Shown piece by piece: positions 1 to 7,659 of a DNA stretch of 14,964 nucleotides. This stretch comes from an uncultured bacterium. Its GTDB lineage: Bacteria; UBA8481. Location: NCBI GenBank assembly GCA_964548165.1, contig CAZJQD010000062.1, forward strand, positions 1-14,964, in the 5' to 3' direction. Position numbers and translations under genes: made by a program. The notes beneath the pieces are model-generated. The model was not told the DNA's origin. It did not search any database and was given only the letters and a program-made list of their open reading frames with translations. The first letter of the stretch is position 1, and each line of letters starts with the position of its first letter.

Positions 1-322
1 TGATGCCGTAGAACGTCAACGTGACGAAGAAGATCCAGCGCGCGACGGTCGCGAGCAGGGCCGGGACGGTCAGGATGTGGGCCAGGGCGAAGACCGAGAC
101 CGCGACCAGGACCGGCGTCGAGGCGCGATCGAGGAGATCGAGCAGGCAGTCGTCCATGACCGTCTCGGTCCGCGCGGCCAGCTTGCGTAGGCGCCGGCTG
201 ACGAACGAGGCGTAGACGCGCGCCGCCACGGCCAGCGCGACCACGACAACGAAGGCCACCGCGTATTCCCTCAACGAGTTGCGATAAAAAACCCGGTCCC
301 AGACCGGGTGGGTCAGGAACAT
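1..322 (-). CDS. MscS-family mechanosensitive channel protein, N-terminal ~107 codons; gene continues past the left window edge
   Basis: The minus-strand frame is open from ATG (complement of 320–322) to position 2 with no stop. It is absent from the ORF track only because the stop lies outside the window. The translation MFLTHPVWDRVFYRNSLREYAVAFVVVVALAVAARVYASFVSRRLRKLAARTETVMDDCLLDLLDRASTPVLVAVSVFALAHIL has the typical MscS-like N-terminal layout: a TM helix, a basic stretch, then a T-x-T-x-x-DD-x-L motif. An alternative GTG start (complement of 257–259) has a better SD, GAGGGA at spacing 7. Confidence 0.5.
   Translation of the reverse strand, partial: MFLTHPVWDRVFYRNSLREYAVAFVVVVALAVAARVYASFVSRRLRKLAARTETVMDDCLLDLLDRASTPVLVAVSVFALAHILTVPALLATVARWIFFVTLTFYGI
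284..309 (-). terminator. Intrinsic-terminator-like hairpin 34 nt downstream of the glgB stop
   Basis: Read on the minus strand this is 5'-ACCCGGUC UGG GACCGGGU UUUUUUAU-3'. It has a perfect 8-bp GC-rich stem (plus 291–298 / 302–309) with a 3-nt loop, immediately followed by a U6 run (plus 286–291 A-run). glgB's stop is at 343–345. Confidence 0.45.
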
Positions 323-342
323 ACCCGGATCCCACGCCCCCT

Positions 343-2574
343 TCACGCCGGCCTATCTCCATGCCCGTCGGACCGGTACATCAGCAGGGACAGGGGCGGG
401 AGCGTCAGGACGACGGAGTGGAGGAGCCCGTGGTGGGCTCGCCCCTCCTCCGCCTTCACCCCCGGGAAGTTCCCGATGTCACTGCCCCCATAGATCGACG
501 CGTTCGTGTTGAAGATCTCGCGCCAGTAGCCGGCACGAGGAACGCCGACGCGATATCCCGATCGCGGGACGGCCGAGAAGTTCGCCACCACCAAGACCAC
601 CCGCCGCTCCTCGCTGCTCTTGCGGAGAAACGAGATGATGCTCTGCTCCATGTCGCGATTGTCCACCCACTGGAACCCCCGGTCCCAGTGATCCTCCTCG
701 TGCAGCGCGGGCTCGTCGCGGTACACGTGGTTGAGGTCCTTCACCAGCTTCTGGATCGACTCGTGCTCCGGTTGCTCCAGGAGCTCCCAGTCGAGCTCGC
801 GGTTCACGCCCCACTCCCCCGCCTGCGCGAACTCGCCGCCCATGAAGAGGAGCTTCTTGCCGGGGTGGGTGTACTGGAAACCGTAGAGCATCCGGAGGTT
901 GGCGAACTTCTCCTCCTTCGTCCCCGGCATCTTCTTCAAGAGCGACCGCTTGCCGTGCACGACCTCGTCGTGCGACAGGACCAGCATGTACTTTTCGCGG
1001 AAGGCATAGTCGAGCATGAAGGTCAGCTTGCCGTGGTGGTAACGGCGGTAGTAGGGCTTGCGGGTCAGGTACTCCAGCGTGTCGTGCATCCAGCCCATGT
1101 TCCACTTGTACGAGAACCCCAGGCCGCCGACGTAGTAGGGCTTGGAGACGCCGCTCCACGCCGTCGATTCCTCGGCGATCGTCACGACGCCGGGATGTCG
1201 CTCGTGCACGGCCTTGTTGAGAGAACGCATGAAGGCGATCGCCTCCAGGTTCTCGTTGCCCCCGTACTTGTTCGGCACCCACTGGCCGGGCTTGCGGGAG
1301 TAATCGAGGTAAAGCATCGACGCGACGGCGTCGACCCGGATCCCGTCCACGTGGTACTTCTCGACCCAGAAGAGCGCGCTGGAGATGAGAAAGCTCTTCA
1401 CCTCGTGGCGGCCGAAATTGAAGATGGCCGTCTTCCAGTCCGGGTGGAACCCCTGGCGCGGATCCGCATGCTCGTAGAGATGCGATCCGTCAAACCGCGC
1501 CAGGCCATGCGGATCCCGGGGGAAGTGCGCGGGCACCCAGTCGAGGAGCACGCCGATGCCGGCCTTGTGACACTCGTTGACGAAAAACATGAAGTCGTCG
1601 GGTGTGCCAAAGCGGCTGGTGGGCGCGAAATAGCTCGTCACCTGGTAGCCCCACGACTCGTCCAGCGGATGCTCCATCACCGGCATCAGCTCGATGTGCG
1701 TGTAGCCCATCTCCTTCACGTAGGGAATGAGATCCTCGGCGATCTCGCGGTAGTTGTAGAACGGCTGCTCGGGGGTGCCCTTGCGGATCCAGGACCCCGG
1801 GTGCACCTCGTAGACCGTCATGGGGCTGTGATAGTGCTTCGCGCCGGCGCGGGCCTTGAGCCACTCCTCGTCCTGCCAGGCGAACTTCTCGAGGTCCCAG
1901 ACGATCGAGGATTTCTTGGGCCGGAACTGGGCCGCGTAGGCGTAGGGGTCGCTCTTCACCAGCGTCTTGCCATCTCTCGACCGGATGACGAACTTGTAGA
2001 GCGATCCCTCCTTGAGGCCGGGCACGAAGAGTTCCCAGAGGCCGTTGCGGCCCGTGTAGTGCATCGGGTGCGTGCGCCCGCTCCAGCCGTTGAAGACCCC
2101 GGCGACGCTGACGTATTTCGCGCACGGAGCCCAGACCGTGAAGTTCACCCCCGGGACCCCCGCGTTCTTCGCGATCCGCCCCCCCAGCACCCTGTAGATG
2201 TCCGGGTGATCGCCGGCGACGAAGGCGTCGATATCCTCTTTCTTAAGCATCGACTTGAACTTGGGGTTGTAGGCGTCCTCGACCGTCCGCGCCTTGCCGT
2301 CGCGGCGGACGATCGCGATCTTGTAATCGAAGATCTCGGTGCTCGACGGAAAGCGGGCCTCGAAGAGCCCGTCGCCATGGAGCTTCTCCATGGGCGTGCG
2401 CTCTTTCGTCTCCGCGTGGACGACCTCGGCCGACTCCGCGCCGAGATCGAAGAAGCGGAGAGCAAGCCCCTTGTCGGCGCCGCGCGTCACGCGGTGAAGG
2501 CCCAGGACGGAGTGCGGGTACTTGTACTGCGCGGAGAGAAGCTTGGCGATCTGGACGCCCGTGAGTCGGCTCAT
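343..2574 (-). CDS. glgB: 1,4-alpha-glucan (glycogen) branching enzyme, GH13
   Basis: The 743-aa ORF has GlgB hallmark segments throughout, including N-terminal LGxHxV, the GH13 catalytic region (GIRVDAVASMLYLDY, HDEVVHGKRSL, EESTAWSGV) and FMGGEFAQ in the C-terminal region. Length and domain order match bacterial GlgB. The ATG is at complement 2572–2574. Confidence 0.95.
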   Translation of the reverse strand: MSRLTGVQIAKLLSAQYKYPHSVLGLHRVTRGADKGLALRFFDLGAESAEVVHAETKERTPMEKLHGDGLFEARFPSSTEIFDYKIAIVRRDGKARTVEDAYNPKFKSMLKKEDIDAFVAGDHPDIYRVLGGRIAKNAGVPGVNFTVWAPCAKYVSVAGVFNGWSGRTHPMHYTGRNGLWELFVPGLKEGSLYKFVIRSRDGKTLVKSDPYAYAAQFRPKKSSIVWDLEKFAWQDEEWLKARAGAKHYHSPMTVYEVHPGSWIRKGTPEQPFYNYREIAEDLIPYVKEMGYTHIELMPVMEHPLDESWGYQVTSYFAPTSRFGTPDDFMFFVNECHKAGIGVLLDWVPAHFPRDPHGLARFDGSHLYEHADPRQGFHPDWKTAIFNFGRHEVKSFLISSALFWVEKYHVDGIRVDAVASMLYLDYSRKPGQWVPNKYGGNENLEAIAFMRSLNKAVHERHPGVVTIAEESTAWSGVSKPYYVGGLGFSYKWNMGWMHDTLEYLTRKPYYRRYHHGKLTFMLDYAFREKYMLVLSHDEVVHGKRSLLKKMPGTKEEKFANLRMLYGFQYTHPGKKLLFMGGEFAQAGEWGVNRELDWELLEQPEHESIQKLVKDLNHVYRDEPALHEEDHWDRGFQWVDNRDMEQSIISFLRKSSEERRVVLVVANFSAVPRSGYRVGVPRAGYWREIFNTNASIYGGSDIGNFPGVKAEEGRAHHGLLHSVVLTLPPLSLLMYRSDGHGDRPA

Positions 2575-3695
2575 GCATTCACCTCGGATCTTCCCGCCAT
2601 CGCGGGCCGGCTGTCGCCGGGCGCGCGTACCTCCAGGTGCTCGGGCCGGCGCTCCGGAGGACGATACCGTACGGCGAAGCCCCGGGCACGGGGAATGGCG
2701 AGGAGCGCCTCCAGATCGCTCTCGATCCGGGCGCCCGCCTTCTCGGTCACCTCGTCCTCCAGCGGGAGGTCGAAATCGTCGGCCCCCCAGTCCAGCGCGT
2801 CGAAGGCGGCCTCGTTGAGCGTCAGCACGGAGGTCCGGACGTGGCGGACATTATCGAGGACGATGCGGCTCAGGGCGATGTGCCGGCAGTATTCCTCCGA
2901 GGAGACCTCCGAACCTCCCAGGGCCGTTGCGTAGGGCTTGTAGGTCCACGCCAGGAAACTGAAGAGCGCCCCGTCATTCTCGTCCTGGAAGCGGCGCGTC
3001 CGCTCCAGGTGCTCCAGCCGCTCGTCGATCGTCTCGTCGAACCCGATCACCATGGTCGCCGTGGTCCGAAGCCCCGCCGCGACGATGGCCTTCTGCGCCG
3101 CGAAGAACTCCGCGACCGTGTACTTGTACTTGGCGTGGCGACGCCGGAAGTCCTCGGTCAGGATCTCGGCGCCGCCGCCCGTGATCCAGTGGACGCCCGC
3201 GTCCCCGAGCCGGCGCGCCGCCTCCATGCATGTCACGCCGGCGCGCTCGGCCAGGTAGAGAAACTCGGCGATCGTCAGCGCGTAGAACTCCACGCGCCCC
3301 CCGTAGCGGCGCCGCACCCGCGCGAAGAGGTCGCAGTAGAAGTCGAGCCCGACGCCGGGGTCGAATCCGCCGTTGAAGCCGACGAGGTCGCCGCCGCGCG
3401 CGACGAGGTCGTCGATCTTCTGGAAGATCTGCTCCTCGGTCAGGCGGTAGGCGCCCGCCGCCCCCGGCAGGACGTAGAAGGCGCAGTAGTCGCACTGGGC
3501 CACGCACGTGTTCGTGTAGTTGATGATGCGCATGATGGTGTAGGTGGCCGCGCGGGGATCGTGCCAGCGGGCGCGGACGATGCCCGCCAGTGCCTTCAGT
3601 TCGCCGGGATCGGCGGACTGCCAGAGCGCGCGCGCCTCGACGATCGAGATCCGGCCTCCGTCGGCGAGCCTTCGCCCGAGAACGCCGCCCGTCAT
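2571..3695 (-). CDS. Radical SAM enzyme of the MqnC/MqnE/CofH family (futalosine-pathway menaquinone biosynthesis-like)
   Basis: The 374-aa ORF carries a CxxxCxxC cluster inside the family-specific box IINYTNTCVAQCDYCAF (NYTN-C-x3-C-x2-CAF). It also has a glycine-rich GG motif (GFNGGFDP) and a size of about 370 aa typical of MqnC/MqnE. Its stop TGA (2571–2573) overlaps the glgB ATG (2572–2574) as ATGA. Confidence 0.8.
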   Translation of the reverse strand: MTGGVLGRRLADGGRISIVEARALWQSADPGELKALAGIVRARWHDPRAATYTIMRIINYTNTCVAQCDYCAFYVLPGAAGAYRLTEEQIFQKIDDLVARGGDLVGFNGGFDPGVGLDFYCDLFARVRRRYGGRVEFYALTIAEFLYLAERAGVTCMEAARRLGDAGVHWITGGGAEILTEDFRRRHAKYKYTVAEFFAAQKAIVAAGLRTTATMVIGFDETIDERLEHLERTRRFQDENDGALFSFLAWTYKPYATALGGSEVSSEEYCRHIALSRIVLDNVRHVRTSVLTLNEAAFDALDWGADDFDLPLEDEVTEKAGARIESDLEALLAIPRARGFAVRYRPPERRPEHLEVRAPGDSRPAMAGRSEVNA

Positions 3696-3769
3696 CGCTC
3701 GCTCATGATTGCCACGCGCTTAGTAGCGTCGCTGGTTCTTCGACGCCGGCGCTCATCGGCATAGCCCCA

Positions 3770-5446
3770 TCATGCCGGCCCGCGCTCCCAGACCTCGGCC
3801 ACCAGCGACTCCAGTTCCAGGGAGAGCGGGCGCGCCGCCTGCCGTAACGGCGAGCCGTCGCTCGGAGATGAAACCGAAGAAGCGTCTCGCGGCTCCGCGG
3901 CCGAAGCCACGTCGGCCGGGGGCGCCAGATCGCCAGCCTCGGTCACCGCGCGCTCCACCGGCGGCAGGACGACGTGCGTGGTCTCGACGATGGGAACCAG
4001 CCGGGACTGCACGAAGGCGTCGTAGGCCTTGAGGCGCCGCGCCAGCACTTCCATGATCCGAAGCGCGATCGCCGGAGCGCTCCGGATGATCGTCTCGAAA
4101 TCGGCGGCGCCGATGCGGATCGCGCGCAGGGGCTCGATGGCCCGGACGGTGGCGAACCGCGGCGCGCCGTCGAGGAGCGACATCTCGCCGAAGAAGGCGC
4201 CCTTCCCGAGCAACGCGAGGACGCGCTCTTCTTCGCCCCCCGCGCGCGTGACCCGCGCCACGCCGTCGAGAATGAAGTAGAGATCGCGATCCGCGGAACC
4301 CTCCCGGACGACGATCTCACCCGCACCGTACGAACAGCCGTGACGCGCAAAGAGAGGCTCGAAGTTCACGGCCCACTCCACGGTCTCGGTCGTGGACCCG
4401 ATGCCGGCGGACTCCACGAGGCCCGCGCCTGCCGGGCGCTCGCCTGCCGGGCGCTCGCCTACCAGGCGCTCGACCGGGCGCGGAGGCGACGCGGGCAGGG
4501 GCTGGCTGAAGACGCGATCGGGTGGCTCGGCGACCGGAGAAAACGCCGACTTCGTCGCCGGCGAAGACGGAGCCGGGGGCGGCTGCCCGGACGGCAGGGG
4601 CACGGGCACCCCCGGAGGCGCGGCGGCCGCCACGCCCGGATCCACGGCTTTCAGGAGCGGCTTGAGATCCTCGATCTTCACGCGCAGCTCCGCGCTCCCC
4701 GATCGCGAGACCGCCTGCAGGGACATGCTCAGGAACTTCAACGCCCGCGCATGCCGCGCCGCCCGATCCGTTCCCGGGGCCTCGAGAAGCATGTAGTTCG
4801 TCGCGGCGATCATGTAGGGAATCGCCTCCTGGCCGAAGTTAACGCCATAGTCAGGGCCCACATACAGGCCGTCCGGGAGGCTCTCCTTCACGTACCCCTG
4901 CTCGAGAAATTCGTCCGCTGTCACCAGGGCGTCCGTCACGGCGCGGCCCGCATCCCACGGCAAGGTCATGCCCGACGCCGCCGCAAGCTCGATCATCCAC
5001 GCGCGGCGATAGGCGATCCAGCCGATCCGAAAGGCGCGGATCGGCCCGCTCCGGGCGCGATACCAGGTGTCGGCCAGGAGATAGGAGACAAGCCCGAGGC
5101 GCAGGTCGCGCGTCGCTTCCAGGGCCGCCGACGTGATGCCCCACTTCTTGAGGAGCGCTCGTCCCTCGTGGGCCGCCGACTCGCGGACGGCCGTGTCGAT
5201 CTTGATCCGCGCGTCGTCGAACTCGGACTCGACGGCGGTCAGCGTGCAGGCCGGACAGATCGCCAGCGAGTAGACGAGGGGATCCGGCATACCGCCCGGC
5301 AAGGCGTCGTAGACGTTGCGGAGCCGCCAATCGCGCGCCTTGGCCGCCACCTTGCGCGTCAGCAGTTTCTCGTAGGAGAAGGCGCAACTGCACGCGGGGC
5401 ACATCTTCGCCACCTGGTAGGTCCAGGTCGTCAAGCGGTCGGCCAT
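3770..5446 (-). CDS. Fusion protein: N-terminal DUF2225-like zinc-ribbon/helical domain + Pro/Ala-rich linker + C-terminal cyclic-nucleotide-binding (CAP-effector) domain
   Basis: The 558-aa ORF has a strong SD (AAGGGGGAG) 7 nt upstream of the ATG. The N-terminus has two CxxC pairs in the DUF2225 pattern (KMCPACSCAF ... DPLVYSLAICPACTLTAVESEF), followed by helical TPR-like sequence. Residues ~355–475 form a canonical cNMP-binding fold with phosphate-binding cassette FGEMSLLDGAPRFATVRA (G-E-x-S-L-L-x-x-x-P-R-x-A-T-V-x-A). A Pro/Ala-rich linker (res. 270–345) contains ERPAGERPAG repeats. Confidence 0.85.
   Translation of the reverse strand: MADRLTTWTYQVAKMCPACSCAFSYEKLLTRKVAAKARDWRLRNVYDALPGGMPDPLVYSLAICPACTLTAVESEFDDARIKIDTAVRESAAHEGRALLKKWGITSAALEATRDLRLGLVSYLLADTWYRARSGPIRAFRIGWIAYRRAWMIELAAASGMTLPWDAGRAVTDALVTADEFLEQGYVKESLPDGLYVGPDYGVNFGQEAIPYMIAATNYMLLEAPGTDRAARHARALKFLSMSLQAVSRSGSAELRVKIEDLKPLLKAVDPGVAAAAPPGVPVPLPSGQPPPAPSSPATKSAFSPVAEPPDRVFSQPLPASPPRPVERLVGERPAGERPAGAGLVESAGIGSTTETVEWAVNFEPLFARHGCSYGAGEIVVREGSADRDLYFILDGVARVTRAGGEEERVLALLGKGAFFGEMSLLDGAPRFATVRAIEPLRAIRIGAADFETIIRSAPAIALRIMEVLARRLKAYDAFVQSRLVPIVETTHVVLPPVERAVTEAGDLAPPADVASAAEPRDASSVSSPSDGSPLRQAARPLSLELESLVAEVWERGPA
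4426..4470. repeat. 15-bp tandem repeat x3 (cgcctgccgggcgct / cgcctgccgggcgct / cgcctaccaggcgct), coding
   Basis: The repeat is directly visible in the sequence. On the minus strand it encodes (V)GERPAGERPAG within the inter-domain linker of the DUF2225–cNMP protein. Confidence 0.8.
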
Positions 5447-5467
5447 GTATCTACTCCCCCTTGATCA

Positions 5468-6766
5468 TCAACGGTGCGCCGCGGTCGTGGCCGACGACGG
5501 CGCGCCGGGCGTCGCCAGCGCGCCGGGCGCCGCCAGCGCCCGCCACCGACGCTCAGCCTCACGCGCGGCCACCTCGGGCCTCGTCCCCGCGAAGACGCGG
5601 TCGAGGCACCCGGGTTCCCCGGTCACGTCATCGCGCATCATCACGGTCCAGACGTGCTGCATCTGGACATCCGTCGGCATCAGCACCGCCGAGTCCCAGA
5701 AGACCTGCGGCCGCGCGGTGAGCGGATGGCTCGAGAGCGCGTCGAACTCGTAGGCCCGGCGATTCGCGGGCATGTATCCCGCCACGACGTTCATCAGGCA
5801 CCCGCTGAAGGGCGACGTGAGGTGGCGCATCACCTCGACGGCCAGGTCCACCCGCGGCGAGTGCGCGGCAACCGCGAACGCCTTCACCCCGAGAAACGGC
5901 GCCGGGTGCCGGCGCGAGGGTGATAACAGCGGGAGCGGTGCGATGCCGATCGGGATGCGGTCCCATGCCAGGCTCCCGTAGGCCCAGGGGCCGCTGATGA
6001 GAAAGGGCGCGCGGCCGCTGTTGAAGATCGCCATCTGCCGCTCCCAATCCACCGTGTCCGGGATCACGTGCTGAACGCGCGCCAGGTCCCGGGCGAAAGC
6101 GAGCGACTTGAGCATCGCGGGGCTTCGCACGGCGAAGTTGCCCCTCGCGTCGAAGACCTGGCCGCCGAACCCGTGCAACCACATCGCATGGAAGTAGAAG
6201 TTGGCGCGTTCGTACACGATCCCCCAGCGATCCCGGCGCGGGTCCGCGAAGCGCCGGGCCGTGGCCAGCATCTCGTTGGTCGTCCGCGGCGCGCGGTCGA
6301 CGAGGTTGCGGTTGTAATAGAGCATCAGCGACTCGAACGAGAGCGGGAGTCCGTAGAGCTTGCTCTCATGGCGAAGCGGGGTCACGCACTGCGGGATGAA
6401 ATCGGAAAGCTCGGCCGAGTCGATCCGCGAATCGAGCGGCAGGAGCCACCCGCGCCGCGCCCAGGGCACGATCTTGTCGTGGGCCCAGACCACGAGGTCC
6501 GGCGATCCCGCCCCCGGCTCCGCCAGCGCCGACTCGACCCGGGCTATGTACTCGGCCCCGTCGATGGCAACGAGCTTCACCTGGTTCTCGTGAGCCTCAT
6601 TGAAGGCCGCGACCGCCGTCTCCAGGGCCTCCGCCTCGCGTCCCCGGAAGGAGTGCCAGAGCGTCACCGCTTCCGCGGACGCCGGCGCGGTGAACGACAG
6701 GATGAGAGCGAGCCCGAAAAGGCCGGCGACGAAGCCACGGGCGACCGTGCGGATCATGCGAAGCAT
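5468..6766 (-). CDS. Periplasmic ABC-transporter substrate-binding protein, family 1 (MalE/maltodextrin-binding-like), orphan
   Basis: The 432-aa ORF has an N-terminal signal peptide (MLRMIRTVARGFVAGLFGLALILSFTAPASA-EA). The mature N-terminal region aligns by eye to the MalE N-lobe: LWHSF...ALETAVAAFNE...VKLVAID...GSPDLVVWAHDKI...GWLLPLD versus MalE LVIWING...FEKDTGIKVTV...GPDIIFWAHDRFG...GLLAEITP. No permease or ATPase genes are adjacent. There is an Ala/Pro-rich C-terminal tail. Confidence 0.8.
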   Translation of the reverse strand: MLRMIRTVARGFVAGLFGLALILSFTAPASAEAVTLWHSFRGREAEALETAVAAFNEAHENQVKLVAIDGAEYIARVESALAEPGAGSPDLVVWAHDKIVPWARRGWLLPLDSRIDSAELSDFIPQCVTPLRHESKLYGLPLSFESLMLYYNRNLVDRAPRTTNEMLATARRFADPRRDRWGIVYERANFYFHAMWLHGFGGQVFDARGNFAVRSPAMLKSLAFARDLARVQHVIPDTVDWERQMAIFNSGRAPFLISGPWAYGSLAWDRIPIGIAPLPLLSPSRRHPAPFLGVKAFAVAAHSPRVDLAVEVMRHLTSPFSGCLMNVVAGYMPANRRAYEFDALSSHPLTARPQVFWDSAVLMPTDVQMQHVWTVMMRDDVTGEPGCLDRVFAGTRPEVAAREAERRWRALAAPGALATPGAPSSATTAAHR

Positions 6767-6810
6767 GTTCGCAGGTTCAGGTCAACGGGTCAGCAGAATT
6801 CAGCCCCGCT

Positions 6811-7548
6811 CTACCCCTCGATGGCGAAGTTGATGGTCACGACGGCCATGGCTTCCTTGTCGCGGCTGGAGGTATCCAGCATGCCGCCGTCGGAGACCTC
6901 CGTGGAGTTGACGGGCCGGACCTGGAAGACGCCGACGCGCACGCCGCGCGCGGTGCCCAGCGTCGATCCCGTCTTCGTCGCGATCGCGGTCGCGCGCTCC
7001 CGGGCGTTCGCGGCGGCCTCGCCGGCCAGCTCGATCTTCAAGGCCTCGAGCCCCGTGAAGAAGTACTGCGGCTCGTCGGACTCGAAGTACAGGCCCTCCT
7101 CCAGGAGGTCCGTAGCCGAGCTGGCCAGCTTGACGAGGAAGTCGACGTCGCGGGACGTGATCTTGAAGTTGAGCGTCAGCTGGTAGCCGATCACTTCCTC
7201 GGTCGTGCCGTACCCATTGGGGTTGGGTTTACGGATGGCCTCCGTGTTCAAGGGCGGGATCTCGATGTCCGAATCCTTCACACCCTGGCGGCGGAAATAC
7301 ACGAGCACCTTCTCGCGCGCCGTCTTCAACGCCGCGTAGGCGCTCTGCACGTCGGCTCCACGGACCCGGATGCGCGAGTTCCAGACGGCCATGTCGGAGC
7401 TGATGGGACGGATGGCCGAACCCGTGACCGTCAGCGTCTGCCCCGACGCCTTCAATTCAGCGAGGGGCCCAGCGAGGATGAACGCGGATAGGGCCAGCCC
7501 GGCGGCGAGCACCAACCCGAAGACAACAAGACCTGGTTGACGATTCAT
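6811..7548 (-). CDS. SIMPL-domain (DUF541; BP26/OMP28 / YggE-like) periplasmic protein
   Basis: The 245-aa ORF has a signal peptide or TM anchor. The C-terminal motif GVFQVRPVNSTEVSDGGMLDTSSRDKEAMAVV matches the conserved SIMPL core. SD GGAGAAGG lies upstream of the ATG. Confidence 0.8.
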   Translation of the reverse strand: MNRQPGLVVFGLVLAAGLALSAFILAGPLAELKASGQTLTVTGSAIRPISSDMAVWNSRIRVRGADVQSAYAALKTAREKVLVYFRRQGVKDSDIEIPPLNTEAIRKPNPNGYGTTEEVIGYQLTLNFKITSRDVDFLVKLASSATDLLEEGLYFESDEPQYFFTGLEALKIELAGEAAANARERATAIATKTGSTLGTARGVRVGVFQVRPVNSTEVSDGGMLDTSSRDKEAMAVVTINFAIEG

Positions 7549-7659
7549 AATTCACATTCCTTCTCCGGCGGCGTCCTGCGCCTCACCGGTCACTCACACC
7601 CGTTGGACCAGCCGGACTCCCCGAAAGTTCCAGACCCCGGCTCTTCTGACCCTTCCTCC

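Noticed and set aside
21-215. 64-aa plus-strand ORF at the window start
   Set aside because: It lies antisense to the MscS-like N-terminal coding region. Arg-rich, no SD.
361-2934. 857-aa plus-strand ORF (and nested 267/211/106/111-aa ORFs) overlapping glgB and the radical SAM gene
   Set aside because: It is antisense to two well-supported genes. Its composition is low-complexity and Arg/Pro/Gly/Val-rich, typical of stop-codon-poor antisense frames in ~70 % GC DNA. It has no recognisable domain.
3692-3709. 4-codon mini-ORF (MSER*) whose stop overlaps the radical-SAM ATG as ATGA
   Set aside because: It is too short to evaluate and no SD was evident. It is most likely chance in GC-rich DNA. 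It could be a leader peptide but there is no supporting evidence.
3696-3769. Possible terminator hairpin (gcgtcg–9-nt loop–cgacgc) downstream of the DUF2225–cNMP gene
   Set aside because: Only a 6-bp stem with a large loop and no following U-tract. Not convincing as an intrinsic terminator.
3974-5464. 496-aa plus-strand ORF and several 80–180-aa ORFs overlapping the DUF2225–cNMP gene
   Set aside because: They are antisense to a gene with clear domain signatures and a strong SD. Arg-rich low-complexity translations.
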